Of a stretch of DNA of 64,000 nt, positions 53,477 through 63,481 are shown piece by piece. Location of the stretch: positions 5,120,001-5,184,000 of the forward strand of contig CBDCTK010000002.1 of the NCBI GenBank assembly GCA_965222225.1, in the 5' to 3' direction. The stretch is from Candidatus Poribacteria bacterium (GTDB lineage Bacteria > Poribacteria > WGA-4E > JAJDTR01). The notes beneath the pieces are model-generated. The model did no database searches and had not been told where the DNA came from. It saw nothing but the letters and a program-made list of their open reading frames with translations. The position numbers were made by a program, and so were the translations under genes. Within the stretch, counting starts at the first letter, position 1. Every line of letters begins with the position of its first letter.

Positions 53477-54427
53477 ATGGAGAGAATTCTGGTCACTGGG
53501 TCCGTAGGGCAGATAGGATCTGAACTAACTCTTGCCCTCAGAGAGCGGTATGGTAATGATAATGTGGTTGCGGGAGGTCGCAAAACTCTTCCGAGTGAAG
53601 AATTGCGAGATTCAGGCCCCTTCGAAATTGTGGATTGCACGGAGGTTGAAGCCGTTGATCACGTCGTCAAAACGTATGAGATTGATACAGTATATCACCT
53701 TGCCGCACTGCTATCGGCAGTAGCTGAGAATGAACCTCAATTGGCATGGAAGGTGAACGTTAATGCGTTGGTGAACGTCCTTGAGGTCGCGCGTGAACAC
53801 GACTGTGCAGTCTTCACCCCTAGTTCCATTGGTGCATTTGGACCGACAACCCCTGCCGACAATACGCCACAAGACACCATCCAGAGACCCACGAGCATGT
53901 ACGGCGTCACCAAAGTCTCCGGCGAGCTACTATGCGATTACTACTATGAAAAATTTGGTGTCGATACACGCGGGTTGCGTTATCCGGGGATTATTTCGTA
54001 TGTCACGCTGCCGGGTGGCGGCACCACGGATTATGCCGTGCAAATCTTCTATGACGCGATAAAGCGCCGAAGATACACGTGCTTCTTGAAGCAGGGCACG
54101 AAGCTGGATATGATGTATATACCGGACGCTATCAAGGGTGCTATTGCGATAATGGAAGCCGATCCGAGCAGGTTGAAACACCGCAACGCTTTCAATGTGT
54201 CCGCGATGAGTTTCGCGCCCGAGGACATTGCGGCAGAGGTAAAGAAGTTGATTCCCGACTTCACTATGGATTACGATGTGGATCCGTTGAGACAGAGTAT
54301 CGCTGACTCTTGGCCCAATAGTATGGATGACAGCGCGGCAAGAGAGGAATGGGGCTGGCAGCCGGACTACAATTTACCTCGAATGTGCGAGGATATGATT
54401 GAAAAACTAACGCCAAAACTAACTTGA
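53477..54427 (+). CDS. L-threonine 3-dehydrogenase, extended SDR type
   Basis: GSVGQIG, HLAALLSA, PSSIGAFG, MYGVTK, PGGGTTDYAV, IADSWP. Confidence 0.88.
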   Translation: MERILVTGSVGQIGSELTLALRERYGNDNVVAGGRKTLPSEELRDSGPFEIVDCTEVEAVDHVVKTYEIDTVYHLAALLSAVAENEPQLAWKVNVNALVNVLEVAREHDCAVFTPSSIGAFGPTTPADNTPQDTIQRPTSMYGVTKVSGELLCDYYYEKFGVDTRGLRYPGIISYVTLPGGGTTDYAVQIFYDAIKRRRYTCFLKQGTKLDMMYIPDAIKGAIAIMEADPSRLKHRNAFNVSAMSFAPEDIAAEVKKLIPDFTMDYDVDPLRQSIADSWPNSMDDSAAREEWGWQPDYNLPRMCEDMIEKLTPKLT

Positions 54428-54660
54428 GTCCCTCGTACAATTGTGCACCGCGCCGGAATTAGTCAAGTCGAACTCGAACAACTACGCCGCCCATGACATC
54501 TTTTTCTCTGCCGTCGAGAGGGTTCGCCGAAAGCGTGGCATAGTGCTCCTGTGCGCTCTCGAATTCGCGATAAACGAAGTAAATCATAAGTTCTAACGCA
54601 CCCAAGAAGATCCTGTGAAAGGATTGTTCCAAATCTAACAACAAGCAAGTCCCGAAGTTC

Positions 54661-55731
54661 ATGAGATATATTGGTCGCAAAACCAATCTCCTTACACACA
54701 TTGAGGATGTAATACTGAAGAACACTCCACAGAAAGGGGTTTTTTGCGATCTATTTGCGGGAACCCATTCGGTTGCGGCGCATTTCAAGAACCTAGGATT
54801 CCAAATCATTTCCAACGATATGCTTTACCTCGCCTACGTTTTCGGGCGAGCGCTGATTCAAAGCAACAAGGCGCCGACTTTCACCAAGCTGACACACCTT
54901 CCGGATGCTCACGCATACGGTCTCTTCGATGCAATGGAAACCTACCTGAAGGTCTTGAGTTATCTAAACCGGCTTGATGGGATTTCCGACGGTTTTATCT
55001 TTAATGCCTACTGTCCCGGCGGAGACAATGAATACAATCGGCAATATCTCTCCGACGAAAACGGACAGAAGATTGACGCCGTCAGACAGCAGATTGAGGA
55101 GTGGAGGCAACACAATCTAATCGCCGAAGACGAATACTATATCCTCCTGCTCTCACTCCTTGAGGCGGTTTCCAAGGTAACCAACATTTCGGGGACTTAC
55201 GGTGCGTATCTAAAAGGCTGGGATGCGAGAACCTACAAAGAATTGACGCTTGAACCGATTGCCTCAATTCCATCGGACAAAGAACATACCGTCCATCGGC
55301 AAGACGCGAACCGTCTCATTGAGAAGATTGAGTGCGATATTCTCTACATAGATCCGCCGTACAACACCCGCCAATACATTACGAACTACCATCTCCTCGA
55401 AACCATCGCTCAATATGACAATCCTAGCGTTTACGGCAAAACAGGGCTCCGTACATATTCCGAAGCGGAGAAATCGGCGTACTGCTCTCAGGCGGGGTGT
55501 CTGCGCGCCTTTGCCGCGTTAATCTCGCGTGCTAAGGCGAAACACATCGTCGTGAGTTATAACAGCGAGGGCATTATGAACGAAGCTGAGATACTTAGCG
55601 TGTTAAGTGAAAAAGGGGAAATGCCGGAATTAATTCCTATTGATTATCGTCGCTTCAAGAGCAATTCAACCGGTACATTAAGTAACAATAAGAACGTAAG
55701 AGAGTATTTATTCTATGTCCAAACAAATTGA
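54661..55731 (+). CDS. D12-class N6-adenine DNA methyltransferase (M.FokI N-terminal half/M.NlaIII-like)
   Basis: MRYIGRK, DLFAGT, SND, YIDPPYN, NYHLLET, SYNSEG. Confidence 0.9.
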   Translation: MRYIGRKTNLLTHIEDVILKNTPQKGVFCDLFAGTHSVAAHFKNLGFQIISNDMLYLAYVFGRALIQSNKAPTFTKLTHLPDAHAYGLFDAMETYLKVLSYLNRLDGISDGFIFNAYCPGGDNEYNRQYLSDENGQKIDAVRQQIEEWRQHNLIAEDEYYILLLSLLEAVSKVTNISGTYGAYLKGWDARTYKELTLEPIASIPSDKEHTVHRQDANRLIEKIECDILYIDPPYNTRQYITNYHLLETIAQYDNPSVYGKTGLRTYSEAEKSAYCSQAGCLRAFAALISRAKAKHIVVSYNSEGIMNEAEILSVLSEKGEMPELIPIDYRRFKSNSTGTLSNNKNVREYLFYVQTN

Positions 55732-56665
55732 GAAGAAAACACAAACGGGAACGATGGATGCACGCAACACGCTTAACGATTTAACCGGCAGGGAATGGGT
55801 CTACTTTTTGAACTCGATTGAACTGATTGAAGGCGAGCCTCATCTCCTCACAGGCGAAAAACTCAACGACTTGTCGGAGGAACAGTGGGCAGAACATCAG
55901 AGTCCGCTCGTTGACACATTTTATCCGACTTCCGGTGGACACAGCCATGCGCATCACATTCGCAAGAAGCATCCATCACCAAAACCGCCGCAACTCATGA
56001 AGCGATTTATCGAGTTTTTCACCAAGAAAGACGGCTGGGTGCTTGATCCGTTTGTCGGTGTAGGTGGTACGCTATTGGGGTGTTCAATGGCAGGAAGACA
56101 CGGCGTGGGGGTGGATTTGTCCCAAGACTATCTCAATCTTTACCGTAAGGCGTCCGAGAGCTTAAATCTCGAACTCCAGACAGTTTACCAAGGAGATGCG
56201 AGGCGACTTGACAAAATCTTCAATGGGGAAGATTATCTGTTCGATCTCATCCTGACCGACCCACCCTACGGAGATATGCTTTCAAGAAAACGCACCGGCG
56301 AGCGAAAGAAGAGAACCGGCGACGATTCACCAACGCCGTTTACAAGCGATGAGGGCGATCTTGGAAACATGCGGCACGAACAGTTCTACGAAGCCCTAAA
56401 ATCCGTTATCGTTCAGTCAATGGAGTTCCTCAAGGTCAAAGGATACGTGGTAGTCTTCTGTAAAGATCTTCAACCGACCGCTGAACATCACAACCTGATT
56501 CACGCTGATGTGGTCAATGCGCTGGTGCAGATACCTAATCTCAGGTTCAGGGGCTATAAAATCTGGTATGACAAGTCGCTGAAACTCTATCCTTTTGGTT
56601 ATCCGTATGCGTACGTGTCCAATCAACTACATCAGTTTATTCTAATTTTTCGCAAGGAAAGATAA
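55715..56665 (+). CDS. Amino-DNA methyltransferase (m6A or m4C) with motif I before motif IV
   Basis: LNDLTGREW, HPSPKP, VLDPFVGVGGT, LTDPPY. Confidence 0.85.
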   Translation: MSKQIEKKTQTGTMDARNTLNDLTGREWVYFLNSIELIEGEPHLLTGEKLNDLSEEQWAEHQSPLVDTFYPTSGGHSHAHHIRKKHPSPKPPQLMKRFIEFFTKKDGWVLDPFVGVGGTLLGCSMAGRHGVGVDLSQDYLNLYRKASESLNLELQTVYQGDARRLDKIFNGEDYLFDLILTDPPYGDMLSRKRTGERKKRTGDDSPTPFTSDEGDLGNMRHEQFYEALKSVIVQSMEFLKVKGYVVVFCKDLQPTAEHHNLIHADVVNALVQIPNLRFRGYKIWYDKSLKLYPFGYPYAYVSNQLHQFILIFRKER

Positions 56666-56667
56666 AT

Positions 56668-58401
56668 ATGGCGACGCGCACATTCGGATGGGTGCAAGAC
56701 TCAGGTAAAATAGAAAACCTCCGCAAAACGGTGGAAATTTTCGATCGTAGTTCATCTACCTATCAGGAATTGATTGCGAATCGTATACCCGCGCTCGTTC
56801 AAGAACAAGATGGGAGAGATCGGTTTCTTTCCGAGTTAAGTCGTATTCCTCTTAAATTGAAATATACTAATCTGGTCGGTACCGCTTTTAATCCGCGATC
56901 TGAATCCCGTTGTAATGGCATTTTACAGGCGGCTATCAAAGGCCAGAGGAGAGAATTCATCGGAGATTGGCCCGCAGACAATTTCCTGAGATGGGCACAT
57001 GCACTCGGTTTTATTCAGTTTGATAAGAACGCAGATTGTTTCTCAATCACCGAAGTTGGCCTACAGTACGTGACAACAAAACCGGGAACCTCCGACGAAA
57101 CAGAAATCCTTTCCCAAGCGTTTCTCTCCTACCCACCTGTGATGCGGGTGTTGAATCTACTAGCAGATGGTTCGCACCTGACGAAGTTCGAAATCGGCAA
57201 ACAGCTGGGATTTGTAGGCGAAGATGGCTTTACCAGTTTGCCTCAAAATATCTTGGTGCGCTCTCTTTGTCAAACAGAGAATTCAAGTGATAGGAGCAAG
57301 ATGCTAACAGATTGGGATGGCACATCGGACAAATATGCCCGAATGATTGCAAACTGGCTAAAGCACATGGGCTGGGTGACACAAGCTAAGAAGCGGGTAG
57401 CAGCGACTTTTGGGGACGAGAGATGCGAATATCTCATCCCTCAAGCCTATGTAATAACTGCCGTAGGCTTGCAAGCGAGAAGGAGAGGACTGGGAACTAA
57501 TATCCAGAGTCGAATCTCAAAGAGCGTCTTCTGGGAGATGTTGGCGACCAAGGGAAAAGATCGAGATTATATCCGTACGCGTCGAGCACTAATTCTTCAA
57601 GGGATTGCTGGAAAATCTTGTTCACTTCAATCCTTGGTGCAGCAGTTGGCAGACAGAGGATTCGACGAGTCTGAGACAACTATTTCCAATGACCTGAGCG
57701 GGTTGACACGAATTGGCCTCAATATTCAGCAGGAACAAGAAGGGCATTTTCTGCAAGATACCATTAAGAATCTGGAGATTCCGGGACTTTCCAGCGAAAA
57801 CAAAGTAAAGAGCGATGTTCAAGAATTAGTCGACGAGTGCCGAGCCGTTTTAGACCATGTCCCTCACGATTATCTAATACTTATACCCATGAGTTTTTCA
57901 AACCAAGAAAGTCGATTGTTTGAAATGAAAACGACCGAATTGCTCGTGGATCAGTGCGGGTTTGATGGTCTCCATTTGGGCGGGGCAGATCAACCGGATG
58001 GCTTAATCTTCACTCAGAAACTGAGGGAAAATTATGGCGTAATCATTGATACAAAGGCGTACGAGCATGGATTTAACATTCCCGCATCGGAACGAGATAA
58101 GATGGCACGTTACGTCAGTGAAAACAACTTACGGAACCAAACACATTCGCAGAAGTGGTGGAGGCATTTTCCTTCCGAAATTAACGTGTTTAAGTTCCTG
58201 TTTGTATCTGGTAAATTTATCGGGACCTACGAAACGCAACTGAAACGGATATCAGAATTGACCCAGTACACACCGGGTGCAGCAATCACATCCTTCAACC
58301 TGTTACTACTGGCTGAGGAAATTGCCAAGAAGACAATCGCTTTCCAAGGTACCGGCGAAATGTTTAGTTGTCTTTCAGAAGTAGACGTCAAAAGTTTCTA
58401 A
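56668..58401 (+). CDS. FokI-family Type IIS restriction endonuclease
   Basis: RTFGWVQ, FLRWAHALGF, DKYARMI, WEMLAT, RTRRALIL, HLGG-x3-PDG...IDTKAY; 577 aa, colinear with FokI as recalled. Confidence 0.93.
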   Translation: MATRTFGWVQDSGKIENLRKTVEIFDRSSSTYQELIANRIPALVQEQDGRDRFLSELSRIPLKLKYTNLVGTAFNPRSESRCNGILQAAIKGQRREFIGDWPADNFLRWAHALGFIQFDKNADCFSITEVGLQYVTTKPGTSDETEILSQAFLSYPPVMRVLNLLADGSHLTKFEIGKQLGFVGEDGFTSLPQNILVRSLCQTENSSDRSKMLTDWDGTSDKYARMIANWLKHMGWVTQAKKRVAATFGDERCEYLIPQAYVITAVGLQARRRGLGTNIQSRISKSVFWEMLATKGKDRDYIRTRRALILQGIAGKSCSLQSLVQQLADRGFDESETTISNDLSGLTRIGLNIQQEQEGHFLQDTIKNLEIPGLSSENKVKSDVQELVDECRAVLDHVPHDYLILIPMSFSNQESRLFEMKTTELLVDQCGFDGLHLGGADQPDGLIFTQKLRENYGVIIDTKAYEHGFNIPASERDKMARYVSENNLRNQTHSQKWWRHFPSEINVFKFLFVSGKFIGTYETQLKRISELTQYTPGAAITSFNLLLLAEEIAKKTIAFQGTGEMFSCLSEVDVKSF

Positions 58402-58672
58402 TCATTGCTCTTCTGGAACTATTTTTCTCATAATGATTCTCAAATTTAGAATCCAGATGCGCTCAGAAATCATATACCGAAATAGTATGGAGAACAATAA
58501 ATGTTCAATGGCCAAAGGCCCCCGTATGTTCTCAGATAGACCGGTTATTCCTGCGATATTGATTAGCACTATTATTGCGACTCTCCTCTGTCACCGTAAC
58601 TCTGCTGGCTACCATGTCAGATGGAATAAACGCGAACAAACCCACGGCATAGATGAGATTATTCGTCGGACA

Positions 58673-59893
58673 TCAATGAGAAGCTCGAATCGTGACTGAA
58701 GCAACGTTATTTGTGTAGTTCAGAAAGTCATAAAATTCCGCTTCCTCATTCGTGTCATTCTTGTTGAGTTGATAGTCTGCGAGGAGCGTGACACGTTCGT
58801 GGAACTGCCAGTTGAGTTGAAAGTTTAAGCCAAGCTGTGTGTCCATACGCTTCTCGGCATCGTCGGCTATGAACCCATCCGCACCTCGAACACGTCGTCC
58901 GTCAAATTCGACTCCCAAGCGTGATAAACGTAGACGCGCCCAACTTCCGGCATCAATCTTGTAGAATGCGCTCAACGCTACCTCTGCGCTGAAAAAATCG
59001 TAGAAATCAACGTTTGAACTATTCATGAATAGACTGAACTCCTCCTGCAAAACCACGCGATCCGAAGCGATCTGAATTAATTTCGCGGAACCGAATTGGC
59101 GCATGTCACGCCGTGATTCCCCGGGTTTTATCCCCGCTATCCCAAGCACCAGAATGTTCAGATTACCTTTGTAGCTTTCCCGCTCAATCGAATATTCTAA
59201 CTTGCCCAGCATCCGTTTCAGCAAACCCAGTTGAAGACGCGCGACGCCTTGATGGCTTGTCGAACCAACGAGAAGGAAATCCTCGCGGCGCGTTTGCTCG
59301 TCATCGAATCGGTGCAGCCGCAGGTTGTATTCCAATACCTTACCGAATCGAAGTCCCATTTGACGTTGCATGCTGTCGTAGGTGTCGTCCTCCCTATCTA
59401 ATCGTTGAAGCTGGTGAGAGAGGATAAGTGCGGGAAGATCTGGCTTTGCTTGGAAACTCACCTCGGTTAGAAAGAGGTCGGTCAACGCGTCGAATTCGTT
59501 GAGTTGTCCGTTTTCACCAATGTAGTTTTCAAACTGCGGAGTGTATTGGAACTTGACTCCAAAACGATCACCAAGCGGCAGTGTGCCCTGGAGATTGACC
59601 CCCGCTCGGTTAATCAATCCGGAAAGCTGAGGATTCTCTCTGCCTGCCAAGCTGCTGGTGTTCGGGTCGATACTCAAACCGAATTCAATATGATCATTAA
59701 ACACATTACTGACTTGATAGTCGATCAAGAGTTCGGGTTCGGTTGCTTTAGGCGATTCTGTTTTTTCTTGAATCAAGCGCTTGCCAAAATCTGTTTGGAG
59801 TTGGGCTGTCCCGATGGAGATGTTTAAACCCAAGAAGATAATCGTGAACAGCAAAGAGGCCTTGAATTTCATTACGTGGATATAGTTTGTCAA
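58673..59893 (-). CDS. Putative outer-membrane beta-barrel protein
   Basis: Signal peptide; alternating hydrophobic/aromatic beta-strand pattern throughout. Confidence 0.7.
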   Translation of the reverse strand: MTNYIHVMKFKASLLFTIIFLGLNISIGTAQLQTDFGKRLIQEKTESPKATEPELLIDYQVSNVFNDHIEFGLSIDPNTSSLAGRENPQLSGLINRAGVNLQGTLPLGDRFGVKFQYTPQFENYIGENGQLNEFDALTDLFLTEVSFQAKPDLPALILSHQLQRLDREDDTYDSMQRQMGLRFGKVLEYNLRLHRFDDEQTRREDFLLVGSTSHQGVARLQLGLLKRMLGKLEYSIERESYKGNLNILVLGIAGIKPGESRRDMRQFGSAKLIQIASDRVVLQEEFSLFMNSSNVDFYDFFSAEVALSAFYKIDAGSWARLRLSRLGVEFDGRRVRGADGFIADDAEKRMDTQLGLNFQLNWQFHERVTLLADYQLNKNDTNEEAEFYDFLNYTNNVASVTIRASH

Positions 59894-60004
59894 AATTATG
59901 CCCCCTATCTACGATGCGCGTGAATCAATATTGCCAAGTTCTTGCGCAGTCTGGTTTGTAACCGCGATTCTCGATTATCGAACAACCCCAAACCAACACG
60001 TGAA

Positions 60005-60805
60005 TCACCGAATCAACCCTTCCCACGGGCTTGATGCCGTTGCGTACAGTTTCTTGGGAATCCGACCGGCTAGGAACGCCGTCCGTCCGGCTTCGATCGC
60101 TTTCCTCATGGCTTCCGCCATCAGCACCGGCTGTCGCGCCTTTGCAACCGCCGTGTTGAGGAGCACGCCGTCACACCCAAGTTCCATCGCAATCGCGGCA
60201 TCCGAAACCGTTCCAATTCCCGCATCAACGATCAAAGGAACGCTAACGATGTCGCGGATAATCTGAATGTTGTAGGGGTTGCGAATCCCCATTCCGGATC
60301 CGATCGGGGCGCCTAACGGCATAACGACCGCACACCCCAAATCTTCCAACTTCTTGCATGTTATCGGATCGTCGTTGCAGTAGGGCAACACCGTGAATCC
60401 ATCTTTAATCAACGTTGCCGCCGCATTTAGCAACTGTTCAACGTCGGGAAACAGCGTTCGGTCATCACCGATGACCTCCAACTTGATGAGGTCGGTGTCA
60501 AGCGCCTCTCGCGCAAGATGAGCTGTAAGAACCGCCTCTTTGGCGGTGAAACACCCCGCAGTATTCGGCAGAATCGTGTAATTTCTCTCCCGGAGCAGGT
60601 CGAACAGATTCTCCCCGGAATTCTCGCTCGGTTTTACTCGGCGAATCGCAATCGTAGCAATCTCCGCCCCACTTGCCTCAAGGGCGCGGGTCATCACATC
60701 GAAATTCGGATAGCCCGCTGTCCCGATAAGTAGGCGCGATTGATACGTCTTTTCACCGATTTTGAGCCCTTCCATCTTGTCTTTTCCCATTAACTCTGTA
60801 TCCAT
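60005..60805 (-). CDS. thiG: Thiazole synthase
   Basis: [39 protein letters not shown]. Confidence 0.96.
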   Translation of the reverse strand: MDTELMGKDKMEGLKIGEKTYQSRLLIGTAGYPNFDVMTRALEASGAEIATIAIRRVKPSENSGENLFDLLRERNYTILPNTAGCFTAKEAVLTAHLAREALDTDLIKLEVIGDDRTLFPDVEQLLNAAATLIKDGFTVLPYCNDDPITCKKLEDLGCAVVMPLGAPIGSGMGIRNPYNIQIIRDIVSVPLIVDAGIGTVSDAAIAMELGCDGVLLNTAVAKARQPVLMAEAMRKAIEAGRTAFLAGRIPKKLYATASSPWEGLIR

Positions 60806-60829
60806 TCAATTCAATAGACATGAAAAGGA

Positions 60830-60858
60830 AGTATATCAATGTCATCCACCATTGTCAA
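60830..60858 (-). promoter_or_regulatory. sigma70 promoter of thiG
   Basis: TTGACA-N17-TATACT on the minus strand. Confidence 0.7.
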
Positions 60859-60888
60859 TCTCAATCGCCTTTTAGCCAATAGTAGCCC

Positions 60889-61043
60889 GTAGGTTGGGTT
60901 GAACGATCAAGCGAGTGGATAACGAGCGCGATAGAGATCCCAGTGCGATAGAGATTCTCAGGTGTATAGTAGAACAGGTCTCGCAGGACCACAAGCCCCA
61001 GAGGGGGATCAAACGAGTGAATAGCGATTGCGATAAAACTCCC
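60889..61043 (+). repeat. REP-like arm interrupted by GATCAA modules, with a second module at 61007
   Basis: GTAGGTTGGGTTGAAC-GATCAAGCGAGTGGATAACGAGCGC-GATAGAGATCCCAGTGC-GATAGAGATTCTC; GATCAAACGAGTGAATAGCGATTGC-GATAAAACTCCC. Confidence 0.75.
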
Positions 61044-61447
61044 CGCAGGTAATATCACTCAACAGTTCAATAATGGCTTTGACATCAAATTTCCAAACAG
61101 GCTCTTAATCCGTGATTCATACAATTGTCGAATGCCTCTGATGGATTCTACAAGGTGTATGGCAACTTCCCTCTTCCACCCTTCCGTTCTTCCATCCTTC
61201 TCCACGCTTCATTTGCCACCAAAATTACATGCAATTGCCCGATGTTCTACCTCCGAAAAACTATTGAAAAAGCAAACTACCTGTGCTATCATAGCCAAAA
61301 TCGTCAAGCGTCTCTCTAGCCAAGATTGATGGCAACAACTATCGTGCACGTTCCAAACAAATATCTAATCCTTCAACACAATCTTCTGCTCGCACCTCCG
61401 CTTTTTGATGGACTGTCTCAAGCGCGAGTTCCGTAAGGTGAAAATCC

Positions 61448-62479
61448 ATGCAATCTTTTATTGATTCCAGAGATATTCTTGATAACGGCGCCGAACTGCA
61501 AAAACGTATGGAGCAGGACGGTTGCTTGTTTATCAGTGGTTTATTGCCCGGTGAAACGGTAGAACACCTCAGACTAAAGCAACTGAAAATCGGGCTTGAA
61601 GAAGGCTGGGTCAGTGCCGACGCGCCGCTTCAGGATGGGGTTGCGGACCTCAGCGACTTCGGTGTCGAACCGGAACCGGAGTATATGCGCGTCCTAGGTC
61701 GCATGACAAGTCTCCAAGAGTTCTACGCCTTAGCCCAGCACCCCAATCTCATCGGCATGTTTAATCGCATGCTCGGCGAGACCGTGCTACCCCATGCCAA
61801 GGTCATCGGACGCTGTCTCTTCCCGCAGCGCGAAGCATTCACGACACCGCCGCATCAGGACTATGTGTTCATTCGAGGAACTGCTGAAACCTACACCGCT
61901 TGGATACCGCTTCAAGATCTCCCCCCTGAAATGGGAGGCCTTCAAATTGCCGCCGGTTCGCACAAAAACGGTATTTACGAGTATAGACCGGCGCTTGGCG
62001 CGGGAGGCATGGGGGTTAACGAATCCTTGGAAGGCTCGTGGGCGAACAATCCGTTCAAACAGGGCGATGTGCTCATTTTTCACAGCATGGTCGTGCACAA
62101 AGGGGTTCCCTGCACGGGCAAACGGTTGCGCCTCTCGATTGATGCACGGTATCAGCGGCTTAGCGAACCGATTGGCCCCGGCAATCTTTCGCCGCATGCC
62201 GGAGGGTCGTGGGAGCAAATTTACGCGGATTGGCTCTCCGATGACTTCAAATACTACTGGAAGGGGTGGAATCTGGACGACGCCGATTATGCCAGCCGAT
62301 TCTCGGAGAGTGATGCAGAAGCGGCGGAAGTCGTTGAAGAACGAGATCGAATGGCGTTTGAAATGGGTGAAAACGGCGACACAAACGCAATTTCGGCGCT
62401 TCAACGTATAATGATGCGAGACGACAATCCGGAAAAACGCCAAAAAGCCGCCGACTTGCTGGATACATTGCAGATTTGA
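61448..62479 (+). CDS. Phytanoyl-CoA dioxygenase (PhyH) family protein
   Basis: TPPHQD, TAWIPL, GGLQIAAGSH, GDVLIFHS-VH, RLSIDARYQ. Confidence 0.9.
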   Translation: MQSFIDSRDILDNGAELQKRMEQDGCLFISGLLPGETVEHLRLKQLKIGLEEGWVSADAPLQDGVADLSDFGVEPEPEYMRVLGRMTSLQEFYALAQHPNLIGMFNRMLGETVLPHAKVIGRCLFPQREAFTTPPHQDYVFIRGTAETYTAWIPLQDLPPEMGGLQIAAGSHKNGIYEYRPALGAGGMGVNESLEGSWANNPFKQGDVLIFHSMVVHKGVPCTGKRLRLSIDARYQRLSEPIGPGNLSPHAGGSWEQIYADWLSDDFKYYWKGWNLDDADYASRFSESDAEAAEVVEERDRMAFEMGENGDTNAISALQRIMMRDDNPEKRQKAADLLDTLQI

Positions 62480-62542
62480 CGCGAATTCCGCTTCGATCCA
62501 AGAGCGTATAATCTAGTCTGACCTGTAGAAAAGGAGAGCTAG

Positions 62543-63208
62543 ATGGGTAACGTAGTGAACCGTGAAATTCACATTAAACGTGCGCCTTCCGGCATGTCTA
62601 CCGAGGACGATTTTGAAATTGTCGAAGTGTCAATCCCCGAGCCCGGTGCCGGCGGCGCGGTTGGCTCTCTCGTTTTCCAAATAGCCAAAATCTAAAGAAT
62701 GCCGCGTCGTCGGTAGCACGGGGGCGGACAAAACAGTGTCGTGGCTCGTTGATGAACTTGGAATGGATTCCGCTATCAATTACAAGAAGGTTGACGACTT
62801 GGGCGCGGAGTTGGGAAAACATTGCCCCGACAAAATAGACATCTTTTTCGACAATGTTGGCGGAAATCACCTTGAGGCGGCGTTATATCACATGAATCGT
62901 TTTGGCAGAATCATCGGCTGCGACATGATATCCGAGTTGAATTCGACGACGCCTCTACCCGGTCCCCCAATTTGGTTTACCTCTATACCCAACGAGTCAA
63001 ATTCCAAGGCTTCATCAGCAGCGATTATTCCGATCAGTTGCCGCAGTTTTACGAGGGCATGCGCACATAGATCGAGGAAGGACGAGTGAAATGGAAGGAG
63101 ACGATCCTCGAAGGGATAGAAAATGCCGCGTAAGCCATCGTAGGCCTTTTCAGAGGGGATAACTTGGGTAAGATGTAGGTGAAAATCGGTCCGGATCCGG
63201 CTATCTGA
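62543..63208 (+). pseudogene. NADP-dependent oxidoreductase (CurA/PTGR-like MDR), heavily decayed
   Basis: AGGAG + ATG 62543; N-terminus NREIHIKRAPSG...PEPG joined directly to AGGAVGSL (internal deletion); FDNVGG; GDNLGKM; several stops and frameshifts. Confidence 0.82.
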
Positions 63209-63292
63209 GTCTCATAACGCATACTAATTGAAGCAGAATGTTTTCTTGAAAACTCAATTGTTTTCTTGCACAGTCTTGCACCCTCTTACCGC

Positions 63293-63346
63293 AATCAAGC
63301 GAACGAACAGTGAGTGCGATAGTAAATCCCGTGCGATAGAGATCCC
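63293..63346 (+). repeat. Dispersed module concatemer (A+B+B)
   Basis: AATCAAGCGAACGAACAGTGAGTGC-GATAGTAAATCCCGTGC-GATAGAGATCCC. Confidence 0.7.
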
Positions 63347-63481
63347 ACAGGTTAATAGCACTCAAATAACAAAAATTGTTTTACCACCGTGATTCAAAGA
63401 AGCCCTAATTGTTGTCATAACCTAAAGAAATCCACCTTGGTAGAACTCTTCACAAGACACATTTGAGAAAGGGGATTAGCC

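Noticed and set aside
54459-54815. Minus ORF upstream of the R-M operon as a controller (C) protein
   Set aside because: No HTH signature, and it overlaps the MTase antisense.
58433-58699. 88-aa ORF after the endonuclease as a fourth defence gene
   Set aside because: No RBS or motif, and it overlaps the convergent barrel gene end.
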